From Gammaproteobacteria bacterium (GTDB lineage: Bacteria > Pseudomonadota > Gammaproteobacteria > Arenicellales > CAJQKF01): a stretch of DNA of 64,000 bases. Below the pieces are notes generated by a model. It was not told the DNA's origin, searched no databases, and saw only the letters and a list, made by a program, of their open reading frames with translations. Positions within the stretch are counted from its first letter, which is position 1, and every line of letters begins with the position of its first letter. Positions 18,145-27,243 of the stretch are shown in pieces. The position numbers were made by a program, and so were the translations under genes. The stretch covers positions 7,877 to 71,876 of the forward strand of contig JAUIEZ010000007.1 in NCBI GenBank assembly GCA_030429665.1, written 5' to 3'.

Positions 18145-18936
18145 ATGAACTATACGACCATCGACTATCACTGCGACGGCGGGGTGGCCACGCTCGCTTT
18201 CAACCGCCCCGACAAGCTCAACAGTTTCAACGCGACCATGCACGCCGAGGTGCGCGAGGCGCTGGATGCCGCCCGGGATGACGAGGCCGTGCGCTGCCTG
18301 CTCGTTACCGGGCGCGGTCGGGGCTTTTGCGCCGGCCAGGACCTCTCCGACCGCAATGTCGGCGCGGGCGACGCGCCGCCCGACCTCGAGGCGTCGATTC
18401 GCGAGAACTACAACCCGCTGATTCAGCGCATCACCGGGATGCGAAAACCGGTGGTGTGCGCGGTGAACGGCGTCGCCGCCGGTGCCGGCGCCAACATCGC
18501 GCTGGCCTGTGACATCGTCATCGCCGCGCGCTCGGCGTCCTTCATCCAGGCGTTCTGCAAGATCGGCCTCATTCCCGACAGCGGAGGCACGTGGTGGCTC
18601 GCCCACCTGGCCGGACGCGCCCGCGCGCTCGGCTTGGCCCTGACCGGCGAGCGCATCGACGCGGCCACCGCGAAAGACTGGGGTCTGATCTGGGACTGCG
18701 TCGACGACGAGGCGCTGCCGGCGCGAGCCCGGTCGCTGGCGGAACACTTCGCCACCCAGCCCACTCTCGGCCTCGGCCTGACCAAGGCCGCCGTCAATGC
18801 CGCGTTCGCCAACGACCTGCCCGCCCAGCTCGACCTCGAGGCGCGCCTGCAGGGCGAGGCGGGCCGGAGCGCCGACTATCGCGAGGGCGTGGCGGCCTTC
18901 ATGGAAAAACGAAAACCCCGGTTCAGCGGAAAATGA
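18145..18936 (+). CDS. paaG: Enoyl-CoA hydratase/isomerase family protein, PaaG-type
   Basis: The crotonase fold is present (GRGFCAGQDL, AVNGVAAGAGANIALACD). It is the first gene of a paaG-H-I-K run. Confidence 0.8.
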   Translation: MNYTTIDYHCDGGVATLAFNRPDKLNSFNATMHAEVREALDAARDDEAVRCLLVTGRGRGFCAGQDLSDRNVGAGDAPPDLEASIRENYNPLIQRITGMRKPVVCAVNGVAAGAGANIALACDIVIAARSASFIQAFCKIGLIPDSGGTWWLAHLAGRARALGLALTGERIDAATAKDWGLIWDCVDDEALPARARSLAEHFATQPTLGLGLTKAAVNAAFANDLPAQLDLEARLQGEAGRSADYREGVAAFMEKRKPRFSGK

Positions 18937-18937
18937 C

Positions 18938-20470
18938 ATGACCGATCCCTTGCCGACATCCAGCCCGGTGGGCGTCATCGGCGCCGGCACCATGGGCGCC
19001 GGCATCGCCCAGGTCGCCGCCGCCGCGGGCCACACGGTGATGCTGTACGACGCCGCCGAGGGCGCCGCCGAACGCGGCATTTCCCACGTCGCGGCGGGCC
19101 TGGAAAAACTGGTGGCGCGCGGTCGAATGGACGCCGGGGCGCGCGATGCGTTGCTGGCGCGCATCCGGCCGGTGGACAACATCGAATCGCTTGGCGGCTG
19201 CGCCCTGGTGGTGGAAGCCGTGGTCGAGAAGCTCGAGGTGAAGCGCGACCTGTTCCAGGCGCTCGAGTCAATCTGCAGCAACGACGCCATTCTTGCCAGC
19301 AACACGTCGTCGCTGTCCATCACCGCCATTGGCGCGTCGATGTCCCGGCCCGGTCGCCTGGTGGGCATGCATTTCTTCAACCCGGCGCCGATCATGAAAC
19401 TGGTCGAGATCGTTTCCGGCCTGGATACCGAGCCCGGCATCGCGGCGCGGGTGTCCGACACCGCCGCCGCCTGGGGCAAGCACGCCGTGCACGCGCGCTC
19501 GACGCCCGGATTCATCGTCAACCGCGTCGCGCGTCCGTTCTACGGCGAGGCGCTTCGGCTGCTCGAGGAGCGGGTCGCGGACATCGCCGTCATCGATCGC
19601 GTGGTGCGGGACGCCGGCGGCTTCCGTATGGGACCGTTCGAACTCATGGACCTGATCGGCATCGACGTCAACTACGCGGTGAGTTGCTCGGTGTACGACG
19701 CCTACTACCAGGACCCGCGCTTCATCCCGTCGCTGGAGCAGAAGGAGCGCGTGGACGGCGGCCGCCTGGGCCGCAAGAGCGGCCGCGGCTTCTACGACTA
19801 TGGCGAAGGCGCGGCACCCGCGCGGGCCGAACCCGCGTCGGCGGGCGCGCCGCCCGAATCGATCATCGCGGGGCCGCTTCCCGGCTTCGCCGCGCCGCTG
19901 CTCGAGCGTATCGCCGCGGCGGGCATCCACGTCCACACCGACGAGGAAGCCGAGGGTGTCATTCGCCTGCCCGGCGCCGTGCTCGGGGTGACCGACGGGC
20001 GCACCGCCACGCGGCGCGCCGTCGAGGACCTCCACGCGAACCTGGTCGTGTGCGACCTGTGCCTTGACTATGCCGCAACGCCCGGCATTGCCGTGGCGGC
20101 GTCGATGAACGCCTCGCCCACCGCCCTCGACGAGGTGATCGCGCTGCTCGGCGCCGCCGGGATCGCCGCCTACCCGGTCGCCGACACGCCGGGGCTGTTG
20201 GTCATGCGACTCGTATCCATGTTGGTCAACGAGGCCTGCGAGGCGGTGCTGGCCGGTGTTTGCGACGCACGGGGCGTGGACACCGCGATGCGAAGCGGGG
20301 TCAACTATCCGCGGGGACCGCTGGCGTGGGCCGACGCGATCGGCGCCGACACGGTACTCACGGTGCTCAATCACCTGCAGCAGGGTTACGGCTCGGACCG
20401 CTACCGGCCCTCGCTGCTGCTCCAGCAACACGTCTACGCGTCGCGTCCCTTTCATGAACAAGCACATTGA
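18938..20470 (+). CDS. paaH: 3-hydroxyacyl-CoA dehydrogenase, long PaaH/PaaC type
   Basis: ATG 18938 lies 1 nt after the paaG stop. The Rossmann motif is VGVIGAGTMGAGIAQV. Length is 510 aa, with a duplicated C-terminal domain. Confidence 0.85.
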   Translation: MTDPLPTSSPVGVIGAGTMGAGIAQVAAAAGHTVMLYDAAEGAAERGISHVAAGLEKLVARGRMDAGARDALLARIRPVDNIESLGGCALVVEAVVEKLEVKRDLFQALESICSNDAILASNTSSLSITAIGASMSRPGRLVGMHFFNPAPIMKLVEIVSGLDTEPGIAARVSDTAAAWGKHAVHARSTPGFIVNRVARPFYGEALRLLEERVADIAVIDRVVRDAGGFRMGPFELMDLIGIDVNYAVSCSVYDAYYQDPRFIPSLEQKERVDGGRLGRKSGRGFYDYGEGAAPARAEPASAGAPPESIIAGPLPGFAAPLLERIAAAGIHVHTDEEAEGVIRLPGAVLGVTDGRTATRRAVEDLHANLVVCDLCLDYAATPGIAVAASMNASPTALDEVIALLGAAGIAAYPVADTPGLLVMRLVSMLVNEACEAVLAGVCDARGVDTAMRSGVNYPRGPLAWADAIGADTVLTVLNHLQQGYGSDRYRPSLLLQQHVYASRPFHEQAH

Positions 20471-20903
20471 ACCCATGTCCGACCAAGCCATCGCCGAAGC
20501 CGCCCGCGACGCCATGTTCGCTGGCGACCACTGCTCGAGATCGCTCGGCATGGAGATCCTCTCCGTAGGGGTCGGCGAGGCCGTCGTGCGCATGCGAATT
20601 CGCCGCGACATGCTGAACGGCCACGGTACATGCCACGGCGGCATGATCTTCACCCTGGCGGACAGCTGCTTCGCCTTCGCCTGCAACTCGCGCAACCAGC
20701 GCGCGGTTGCCATGAGCTGCCTGATCGACTTCATCAAGCCGGCGAAGGAGGGCGACCTGCTCACCGCCGCCGCGCGCGAGGTGTCGCTGGCCGGCCGCAA
20801 CGGCATCTACGACATCGCGGTGACCAACGGCGACGGCGAGCAGGTCGCGCAGTTCCGCGGCAAGTCCCTCATCATTCCCGGCACCGTGACCGGCGACCCG
20901 TAG
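20454..20903 (+). CDS. paaI: Hydroxyphenylacetyl-CoA thioesterase PaaI (hotdog fold)
   Basis: The motif GTCHGGMIFTLADSCFAFA is present. The gene overlaps the paaH end by 17 nt. ATG 20475 is an alternative start. Confidence 0.8.
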   Translation: MNKHIEPMSDQAIAEAARDAMFAGDHCSRSLGMEILSVGVGEAVVRMRIRRDMLNGHGTCHGGMIFTLADSCFAFACNSRNQRAVAMSCLIDFIKPAKEGDLLTAAAREVSLAGRNGIYDIAVTNGDGEQVAQFRGKSLIIPGTVTGDP

Positions 20904-20929
20904 AAGACGACACTTACGAGGAGGTCAAC

Positions 20930-22222
20930 ATGAGCGAGGACGAACGCGGCAGGCTGGAGCCCATCGAGAAGGCGAGCGTCGACGAGCTTCGCGCCCTGCA
21001 ACTCGAGCGCCTGCGCTGGAGTCTCGGGCACGCCTACGACAACGTGCCGTGGTATCGCGGCGCCTTCGAGGCCGCCGGCGTCCACCCGGACGACCTGAAG
21101 TCCCTCGATGATCTTGCGCGCTTTCCCTTCACCACGAAGGCGGACTTGCGCGACAACTACCCCTTCGGCCTGTTCGCGGTGCCGCGCGATCGGGTGGTGC
21201 GCATTCACGCGTCCTCGGGAACCACCGGCAAACCCACCGTGGTGGGCTACACCCAGAGAGACATCGATACCTGGGCCCATGTCATGGCGCGCTCCATACG
21301 CGCCTCCGGCGGGCGGCCCGGCGACATCTGCCACGTCTCCTACGGCTACGGCCTGTTCACCGGCGGGCTGGGCGCGCACTACGGCGCCGAACGCCTCGGA
21401 TGCACGGTGATTCCCATGTCCGGCGGTCAGACCGAGAAGCAGGTGCAGCTGATCGCCGACTTCAAGCCGCGCATCATCATGGTGACGCCCTCGTACTGCC
21501 TGAACATCGCCGACGAGATGGAGCGGCAGGGGCTGGGCGCCAGCGGGTGTTCACTGGAGATCGGCATCTTCGGCGCGGAACCGTGGACCAACGAGATGCG
21601 CGCCGAGATCGAGGGCCGGCTGGGCATCGACGCGCTGGACATCTACGGCCTCTCGGAGGTGATCGGGCCGGGCGTGGCCACCGAATGCATCGAGACCAAG
21701 GACGGACCGACGATCTGGGAGGATCACTTCTACCCCGAGGTCGTCAACCCCGAGACCGGCGAGGTGCTGCCCGACGGCGAGCACGGCGAACTGGTGTTCA
21801 CCTCCCTCACCAAGGACGCCTTCCCCGTCATCCGTTACCGCACCCGCGACCTGACGCGGCTGCTGCCGGGGACCGCGCGCACCATGCGCCGCTTCGACAA
21901 GATCACCGGGCGCAGCGACGACATGCTGATCATTCGCGGCGTGAACGTGTTCCCCACCCAGATCGAGGAGCTGATCCTCAAGACCGAGGGCCTCGCGCCC
22001 CACTACCAACTGGAGATCACGCGCGACGGACGCATGGACGCGTTGACCATCAACGCCGAACTCTCGCCCGGCACCCCGGGCTCTCGAATCGGCGAACTGG
22101 AAAAAGAACTCGCCCACCGCGTCAAGGCCTACGTCGGCGTGACCAGCCGCGTGGTGGTGCACGTGGAGGGCGGCGTGCCGCGCTCACAGGGCAAGGCGCA
22201 GCGGGTGATACGCCACGCCTGA
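20930..22222 (+). CDS. paaK: Phenylacetate-CoA ligase
   Basis: GAGGAGG lies upstream of ATG 20930. Motifs SSGTTGKPTVVGYT, TPSY and GRSDDMLIIRGVNVFP are present. Length is 430 aa. Confidence 0.9.
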   Translation: MSEDERGRLEPIEKASVDELRALQLERLRWSLGHAYDNVPWYRGAFEAAGVHPDDLKSLDDLARFPFTTKADLRDNYPFGLFAVPRDRVVRIHASSGTTGKPTVVGYTQRDIDTWAHVMARSIRASGGRPGDICHVSYGYGLFTGGLGAHYGAERLGCTVIPMSGGQTEKQVQLIADFKPRIIMVTPSYCLNIADEMERQGLGASGCSLEIGIFGAEPWTNEMRAEIEGRLGIDALDIYGLSEVIGPGVATECIETKDGPTIWEDHFYPEVVNPETGEVLPDGEHGELVFTSLTKDAFPVIRYRTRDLTRLLPGTARTMRRFDKITGRSDDMLIIRGVNVFPTQIEELILKTEGLAPHYQLEITRDGRMDALTINAELSPGTPGSRIGELEKELAHRVKAYVGVTSRVVVHVEGGVPRSQGKAQRVIRHA

Positions 22223-22285
22223 ACGACCTGCCGCGCCATGTCGTCCCAGCCGCGGCGGCGCGGCCGGAACCTTGGCATGAACGGT

Positions 22286-23059
22286 CTAGAAGTCGTCCTT
22301 GCGCCGGCGGGTTTCGGCGAACACGTCGACCGGCGCCGCGCCCTGCATGCCGATCGAAGCGACGAACTCCGGCACGTCGGCGCGCAGGAACGGATTGGTC
22401 TCGCGCTCGAGTTTCATCGTGGTGGGCACGGTCGGTTGATTGTTCCTGCGTTTCTCCGCCACCTCGTCCATGCGCGACTTCAACGCCTCGTTGCCGGCGT
22501 CCACCGACAGAGCGAACCTGCCATTGGCCAGCGTGTACTCGTGGGCGCAGTAGATGCGCGTGTCGTCGGGCCAACGCCTGATGCGCGACAACGAATCCCA
22601 CATCTGCGCGGGGCTGCCCTCGAACAACCGTCCGCAGCCCATGGCGAACAATGTGTCGCCGACGAAGGCCAGGGACTGGTCGGGAATGTAATAGACGATG
22701 TGTCCGACGGTGTGTCCCGGCGTCTCCAGCACCTGCACGGTATGACCGCCGAAATCGAATGAATCGCCATCGGTGACGGTAACGTCGATGCCGGGAATGC
22801 GCTTGGCGTCGTTGCCGTTGCCGATGATGGTGCAGCCGGTGGCCCGTTTCACGTCGAGATTGCCGCCGGCGTGGTCGTCGTGGTGATGGGTGTTGAATAT
22901 GTGGGTCAGCGTCCATCCCTTGCGCTCGAGCTCGGCGAGAATGACCCGGGCGTCCGGCGTGTCGATGCACGCGGTGAGACCGTTTTGCGGTTCGTGCACC
23001 AGGAAGCCGTAGTTGTCGCTGCGGCAGGGGAACATGTGGATTTCGAGGTTCGAGTTCAT
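22286..23059 (-). CDS. gloB: Hydroxyacylglutathione hydrolase (glyoxalase II)
   Basis: The metallo-beta-lactamase motif NTHHHDDHAGG and the C-terminal GloB domain (CAHEYTLAN, NPFLR) are present. The start is ATG 23059 (MNSNLEI); the upstream extension in the track ORF is rejected. Confidence 0.85.
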   Translation of the reverse strand: MNSNLEIHMFPCRSDNYGFLVHEPQNGLTACIDTPDARVILAELERKGWTLTHIFNTHHHDDHAGGNLDVKRATGCTIIGNGNDAKRIPGIDVTVTDGDSFDFGGHTVQVLETPGHTVGHIVYYIPDQSLAFVGDTLFAMGCGRLFEGSPAQMWDSLSRIRRWPDDTRIYCAHEYTLANGRFALSVDAGNEALKSRMDEVAEKRRNNQPTVPTTMKLERETNPFLRADVPEFVASIGMQGAAPVDVFAETRRRKDDF

Positions 23060-23078
23060 GACGAATCTCCGTCGTGTG

Positions 23079-24617
23079 TTATCGAGCCGTGCCCGCGCGG
23101 CGCGCGGCGGCGTGGCGTGCCTGGCGGGTACCGTGGCCAACCCCGCGAACATTGCCGGTGGTCGGCCGGACCGCGCCGAGAAACGCCGGCGCGCCCTTGA
23201 AGCCGCCGCGCTCGAAGTCCGTCGCCAACGCGCCGCGCACGGTATCCGGGTCCATGCCGAGCGGTTCCGTGAGGCCGCGATAGAGCAGTTCGAACAGGCG
23301 CGGCAGGGCGATGCGGTGGGTCCGGCCGGTCGTCTCGTAAAGCCAGTCGGACAGCAGCAGGAAGCGATCGAACAACGGGCCGGCGCCGAACAGCGCCATG
23401 GTGGCGGCGAACCGGCCCGAGTTGGCGATCATGTCAAAGTAACGCGCAAAACGCGCCATGCGCTGCACGGTGACGAAGTCGACGCAATCGGTCGACAAAA
23501 CGCGGTACGGGGGCGACGAGTCGAAGCGCAGGTCATGGTCGCGCTCGCGGCGGGTCATCGGCGTGCCGCGCAGGCGCTTGAGAATGCCGACCTGTATCTC
23601 GTCGGGCCCCAGCGCGAACAACTTGTCGAAACCGCGGGCGAAGCTGGCGAGATCCTCGCCGGGCAGGGCGAAGATGAGGTCGGCGTGGATGTGGGCGTGG
23701 GTATGCGTCTTGAGCCACGCCAGGTTGTCGATCGTCGCCGCCTCGTCCTGGCGACGGTCGATCGTCGCCTGCACCGCGGGATTGAAGGTCTGGATGCCGA
23801 TCTCGAACTGCAGCGTGCCCGGCGCGAAGCGTTGCAGGCGCGGCTTCACCGAGGCCGGCAGGCGGTCGGGTATGAGTTCGAAGTGCAGCAGCAACCCGTC
23901 GTCGCCGAGATCCAGGAAGTAGTCGAGGATGCGCGCGACGTGAGCGCGCTTCAGGTTGAAGGTGCGGTCGACGAACTTGAAGTGGCGCACGCCGCGGCGG
24001 TAGAGATCGTCGAGGGCGCCGATGACCCGGTCGAGGTCGAAATGCCAGGCGGTGCGGTCGAGCGACGACAGGCAGAACTCGCACTTGAACGGGCAGCCGC
24101 GCGAGGCTTCGACATAGATCATGCGCTCGCGAATGTCCGTGTCGTCGTAATCGCGGTAGGGAAGCGCCAACTCGCCGAGCGGCGGGTTGGGCGCCGCCAT
24201 GAATCGGTGCGGCGGGCGCTCGCCCGACAACAGGCGGGCGCACAGGTCGGCGAAGGCGAAGTCGGCCTGGCCGCCGATCACGTAGTCGGCGACATCGGCG
24301 GCCGCCGGCAGATCGGCCGCGCAGCCGACCTCCGGCCCGCCCATGACCACCACGCAGTCGGGGCGGACGGTCTTGATCAACGCGGCCACCGCGCCGCTCT
24401 CGGCCACGTTCCAGATGTACACGCCCAGGCCCACGATACGCGGTTCGAGCGCCAGGATATGCTCGGCGATGTCGGCGGCGCGCTGCTCGAGGGTGTATTC
24501 GCGCATGGCGGTGCGCCCGCGCAACGCGCCCATGTTGGCATACAGGTAACGAAGTCCCAGCGACGCGTGGTGGTAGCGCGCGTTGATGGTGGCGATGACG
24601 ACGTCCACGCTATTCAC
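23079..24617 (-). CDS. B12-binding-domain radical SAM protein (DUF4080-type)
   Basis: An N-terminal B12-binding-like domain is followed by the radical SAM cluster motif ASRGCPFKCEFC. The GTG start at 24617 overlaps the tcdA stop (GTGA). Confidence 0.85.
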   Translation of the reverse strand: MNSVDVVIATINARYHHASLGLRYLYANMGALRGRTAMREYTLEQRAADIAEHILALEPRIVGLGVYIWNVAESGAVAALIKTVRPDCVVVMGGPEVGCAADLPAAADVADYVIGGQADFAFADLCARLLSGERPPHRFMAAPNPPLGELALPYRDYDDTDIRERMIYVEASRGCPFKCEFCLSSLDRTAWHFDLDRVIGALDDLYRRGVRHFKFVDRTFNLKRAHVARILDYFLDLGDDGLLLHFELIPDRLPASVKPRLQRFAPGTLQFEIGIQTFNPAVQATIDRRQDEAATIDNLAWLKTHTHAHIHADLIFALPGEDLASFARGFDKLFALGPDEIQVGILKRLRGTPMTRRERDHDLRFDSSPPYRVLSTDCVDFVTVQRMARFARYFDMIANSGRFAATMALFGAGPLFDRFLLLSDWLYETTGRTHRIALPRLFELLYRGLTEPLGMDPDTVRGALATDFERGGFKGAPAFLGAVRPTTGNVRGVGHGTRQARHAAARRAGTAR

Positions 24618-25459
24618 GGCGCGGGGATATCGTCCGCCCCGGCGAGCTTCTTCAAAACGCGCGATACCGCCATGAAGCCCATGGTCGCGGTGACGTGGGT
24701 GACCGACCCCAGTCCCCCGGCGCAGGACAAGCCGGTGGCGGTGTCCACGCGGGACTTGTCGCGGCAGACCTCGCCGTCCGCGAGGGCGAAGATCACCTGC
24801 TCGGTGGAATAGACGCACGGAACATCGAAACGGCGTCCGGGGGTGCGGGTGAAGCCGTGGTGGGCGCGCAGACGCTTGCGCACCTTGGCCAACAAAGGAT
24901 CGTGCTCGGTGCGCGACAGGTCGGCAAGGCGGACCAGGGAAGGATCGATGCGGCCCCCGGCGCCGCCGACGGTAATCACGCGACGGCGCGAGCGCCTGCA
25001 GCGGGCGACGATCTCCGCCTTGACGCGGAAGTTGTCGGCGCAGTCGATTACGTAGTCGAAACCCGCATCGAGCATCGCGGCGGCATTCTCCACGGTGACG
25101 AAGTCGTCAACGGCTTCGACGCGGCAGTGCGGGTTGATGACGGCGATGCGCCGCTTCATGGCCTCGATCTTCGCCATGCCCAGGGTCGAGTCGTCGGCGA
25201 TGACCTGGCGGTTGATGTTGGACTCCGCCACGTGATCCATGTCGATCAGCGTGATGGCGCCCACGCCGCTGCGCGCCAGCGCCTCGGCGACCCAGGAACC
25301 GACCCCGCCGACGCCGATGACGCACACCCGGCTGGCGGTGAAGCGCGCGAGCCCGGCGGCGCCGTAGAGCCTGGCGATGCCACCGAATCGACGCGCGGCG
25401 TCGACGGCGGGCGCGAACGCTGGGGACGGGGCACTGGGCATGGAACCATCGAGATTCAT
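24614..25459 (-). CDS. tcdA: tRNA threonylcarbamoyladenosine dehydratase (E1-like ThiF/MoeB fold)
   Basis: By eye it is close to collinear with E. coli TcdA/CsdL (RFGGIARLYG, VIGVGGVGSWVAEALARSGVGAITLIDMD, NINRQ, GGAGG). The start is ATG 25459 or 25441. Confidence 0.85.
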   Translation of the reverse strand: MNLDGSMPSAPSPAFAPAVDAARRFGGIARLYGAAGLARFTASRVCVIGVGGVGSWVAEALARSGVGAITLIDMDHVAESNINRQVIADDSTLGMAKIEAMKRRIAVINPHCRVEAVDDFVTVENAAAMLDAGFDYVIDCADNFRVKAEIVARCRRSRRRVITVGGAGGRIDPSLVRLADLSRTEHDPLLAKVRKRLRAHHGFTRTPGRRFDVPCVYSTEQVIFALADGEVCRDKSRVDTATGLSCAGGLGSVTHVTATMGFMAVSRVLKKLAGADDIPAP

Positions 25460-25543
25460 CGGCAGGGCGCGTAATGGTACCATGCGACGCCCCTGCCCCA
25501 CCCCGGCGGCCGCAGCGGCCGCGCGCCAAATTCGGAGACTGAC

Positions 25544-25948
25544 ATGCGTCGCAACATCGCCCTGGTGCTCGGCTCGTTTCACCGCCCCCTGATCGAGGAG
25601 ATGCTGGACGAGGCGCGCGCGGCGGCAGCCGGCCTCGACCTCGCCATCGTCGACGAGACCTGGGTGCCCGGTTCGATGGAGAAGCCGCTGGCGGTCAAGC
25701 GCGCGCTCGGCCGGGACGACGTCGACGGCGCGGTGGTGCTCGGCATCATCGAGAAGGGAGAGACCGACCATGGCCTGGTGATGGGCCAGGCGGTGGTATC
25801 GGCGATCATCGCCTTGCAACTCGAGTTCATGAAACCGGTGGGCGTGGGCATACTCGGGCCGTCCATTCACCCCAGCCAGATAGCCTCGCGGCTGCGCCCC
25901 TACGCCCGCGACGCGGTCGCGGCCGCCGCGCGCATGTTCGAGACGTAG
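25544..25948 (+). CDS. 6,7-dimethyl-8-ribityllumazine synthase (RibH/DMRL) family protein, short orphan form
   Basis: Its pattern (IALVLGSFH...VPGSMEKPLAVKRAL..VDGAVVLGIIEKGETDHG...) parallels RibH (ARFN...VPGAFEIPL..DAVIALGAVIRGxTxH). It is 134 aa and has no other rib genes nearby. Confidence 0.6.
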   Translation: MRRNIALVLGSFHRPLIEEMLDEARAAAAGLDLAIVDETWVPGSMEKPLAVKRALGRDDVDGAVVLGIIEKGETDHGLVMGQAVVSAIIALQLEFMKPVGVGILGPSIHPSQIASRLRPYARDAVAAAARMFET

Positions 25949-25966
25949 CGCGTGTCCCCCATGTAC

Positions 25967-25996
25967 TTGACAGGTTCGCCGCCCATCCATTATTTA
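25967..25996 (+). promoter_or_regulatory. Candidate sigma70 promoter for ilvE
   Basis: TTGACA at 25967-25972 is followed by an 18-nt spacer and TATTTA at 25991-25996. It lies about 50 nt upstream of the GTG start. Confidence 0.3.
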
Positions 25997-26048
25997 GGTC
26001 GGGTTTCGCCATCCCTCCCCCGACGATAACAGGTACAAATTCAATACC

Positions 26049-26981
26049 GTGAACGCTACCACGTCTTTTTCCGACCGCGACGGCTTCATCTGGCAGGACG
26101 GTCAAATGGTTCCCTGGCGCGAGGCCACCACCCACGTGCTGACGCACACGTTGCACTACGGCCTGGGCGTCTTCGAGGGCGTGCGCGCCTACAAGACGGA
26201 CAAGGGCACGGCGATCTTCCGCCTCGCCGAGCACACCGAACGGCTGTTTCGCTCGGCGCACATTCTCAACATGAAGATTCCCTACGACGCCGAGACGCTG
26301 AACCAGGCGCAAATCGACGTGGTACGTGCCAACGAACTGGAGTCGGCCTACATCCGCCCGCTCGCCTTCTACGGTTCGGAAGGCATGGGCATCCGCGCCG
26401 ACATGCTGAGAACCCACGTCGCCATCGCCACCTGGGCCTGGGGCGCGTACCTCGGCGACGAGGGCTTGAAAAAGGGCATCAAGGTGCGCACATCTTCGCT
26501 CACCAGGCACCACGTCAACATCACCATGTGCCGCGCCAAGGCTTGCGGCAACTACATCAACTCGATCCTGGCACTGCAGGAAGCGGTGTCCGCGGGTTGC
26601 GACGAGGCGCTGATGCTCGACGCCAGCGGCTACGTGATGGAAGGCACCGGGGAGAACGTGTTCATCGTACGCGACGGGGTCGTCTATACGCCGGACCTGA
26701 CATCGGCGCTCGAGGGCATCACGCGCGACACGGTCATGCGCCTGATGACCGAACTCGGCATCGAGGTGCGCGAGAAGCGCATCACCCGCGACGAGGTGTA
26801 CATCGCCGACGAGTGCTTCTTTACCGGCACCGCGGCCGAGGTGACCCCGGTGCGCGAACTCGACGGGCGCGTCATCGGCAACGGCATGCGCGGACCGATC
26901 ACCGAGAAGGTGCAATCCGCCTACTTCGACTGCGTCGAGGGCCGATCGTCGCAGCATGCGGACTGGCTGACCTATATCTAG
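26049..26981 (+). CDS. ilvE: Branched-chain amino acid aminotransferase
   Basis: Fold-type IV PLP enzyme. The N-terminus DRDGFIWQDGQMVPWREATTHVLTHTLHYGLGVFEG is characteristic. Length is 310 aa. Confidence 0.9.
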   Translation: MNATTSFSDRDGFIWQDGQMVPWREATTHVLTHTLHYGLGVFEGVRAYKTDKGTAIFRLAEHTERLFRSAHILNMKIPYDAETLNQAQIDVVRANELESAYIRPLAFYGSEGMGIRADMLRTHVAIATWAWGAYLGDEGLKKGIKVRTSSLTRHHVNITMCRAKACGNYINSILALQEAVSAGCDEALMLDASGYVMEGTGENVFIVRDGVVYTPDLTSALEGITRDTVMRLMTELGIEVREKRITRDEVYIADECFFTGTAAEVTPVRELDGRVIGNGMRGPITEKVQSAYFDCVEGRSSQHADWLTYI

Positions 26982-26993
26982 TATCCTTCGACC

Positions 26994-27209
26994 ATGAACG
27001 AAAACTCGCCCGACAGCCGACATAGCGAACTGAAAACGCCCAACGCGTCGCTGCGCGTGGACGTCACCCGCGCGGACCTGCCCCTGCACTGCCCGATGGA
27101 GGGCATGAGCCTTTGGAATTCGCACCCGAAGGTCTACATCCCCATCGAGAAGAACGGTCACGCCCTGTGTCCGTACTGCGGCACCTACTACGTGCTCAAG
27201 GACGATTGA
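26994..27209 (+). CDS. Zinc-finger (zf-CHCC / NDUFS6-like) domain small protein
   Basis: The motif LHCPM...HPKVYIPIEKNGHALCPYCGTYYVL fits the CHCC zinc finger. Length is 71 aa, directly downstream of ilvE. Confidence 0.7.
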   Translation: MNENSPDSRHSELKTPNASLRVDVTRADLPLHCPMEGMSLWNSHPKVYIPIEKNGHALCPYCGTYYVLKDD

Positions 27210-27243
27210 ACCGGCAAGGTCATCGGGCGGCGCCGCGAACCGG

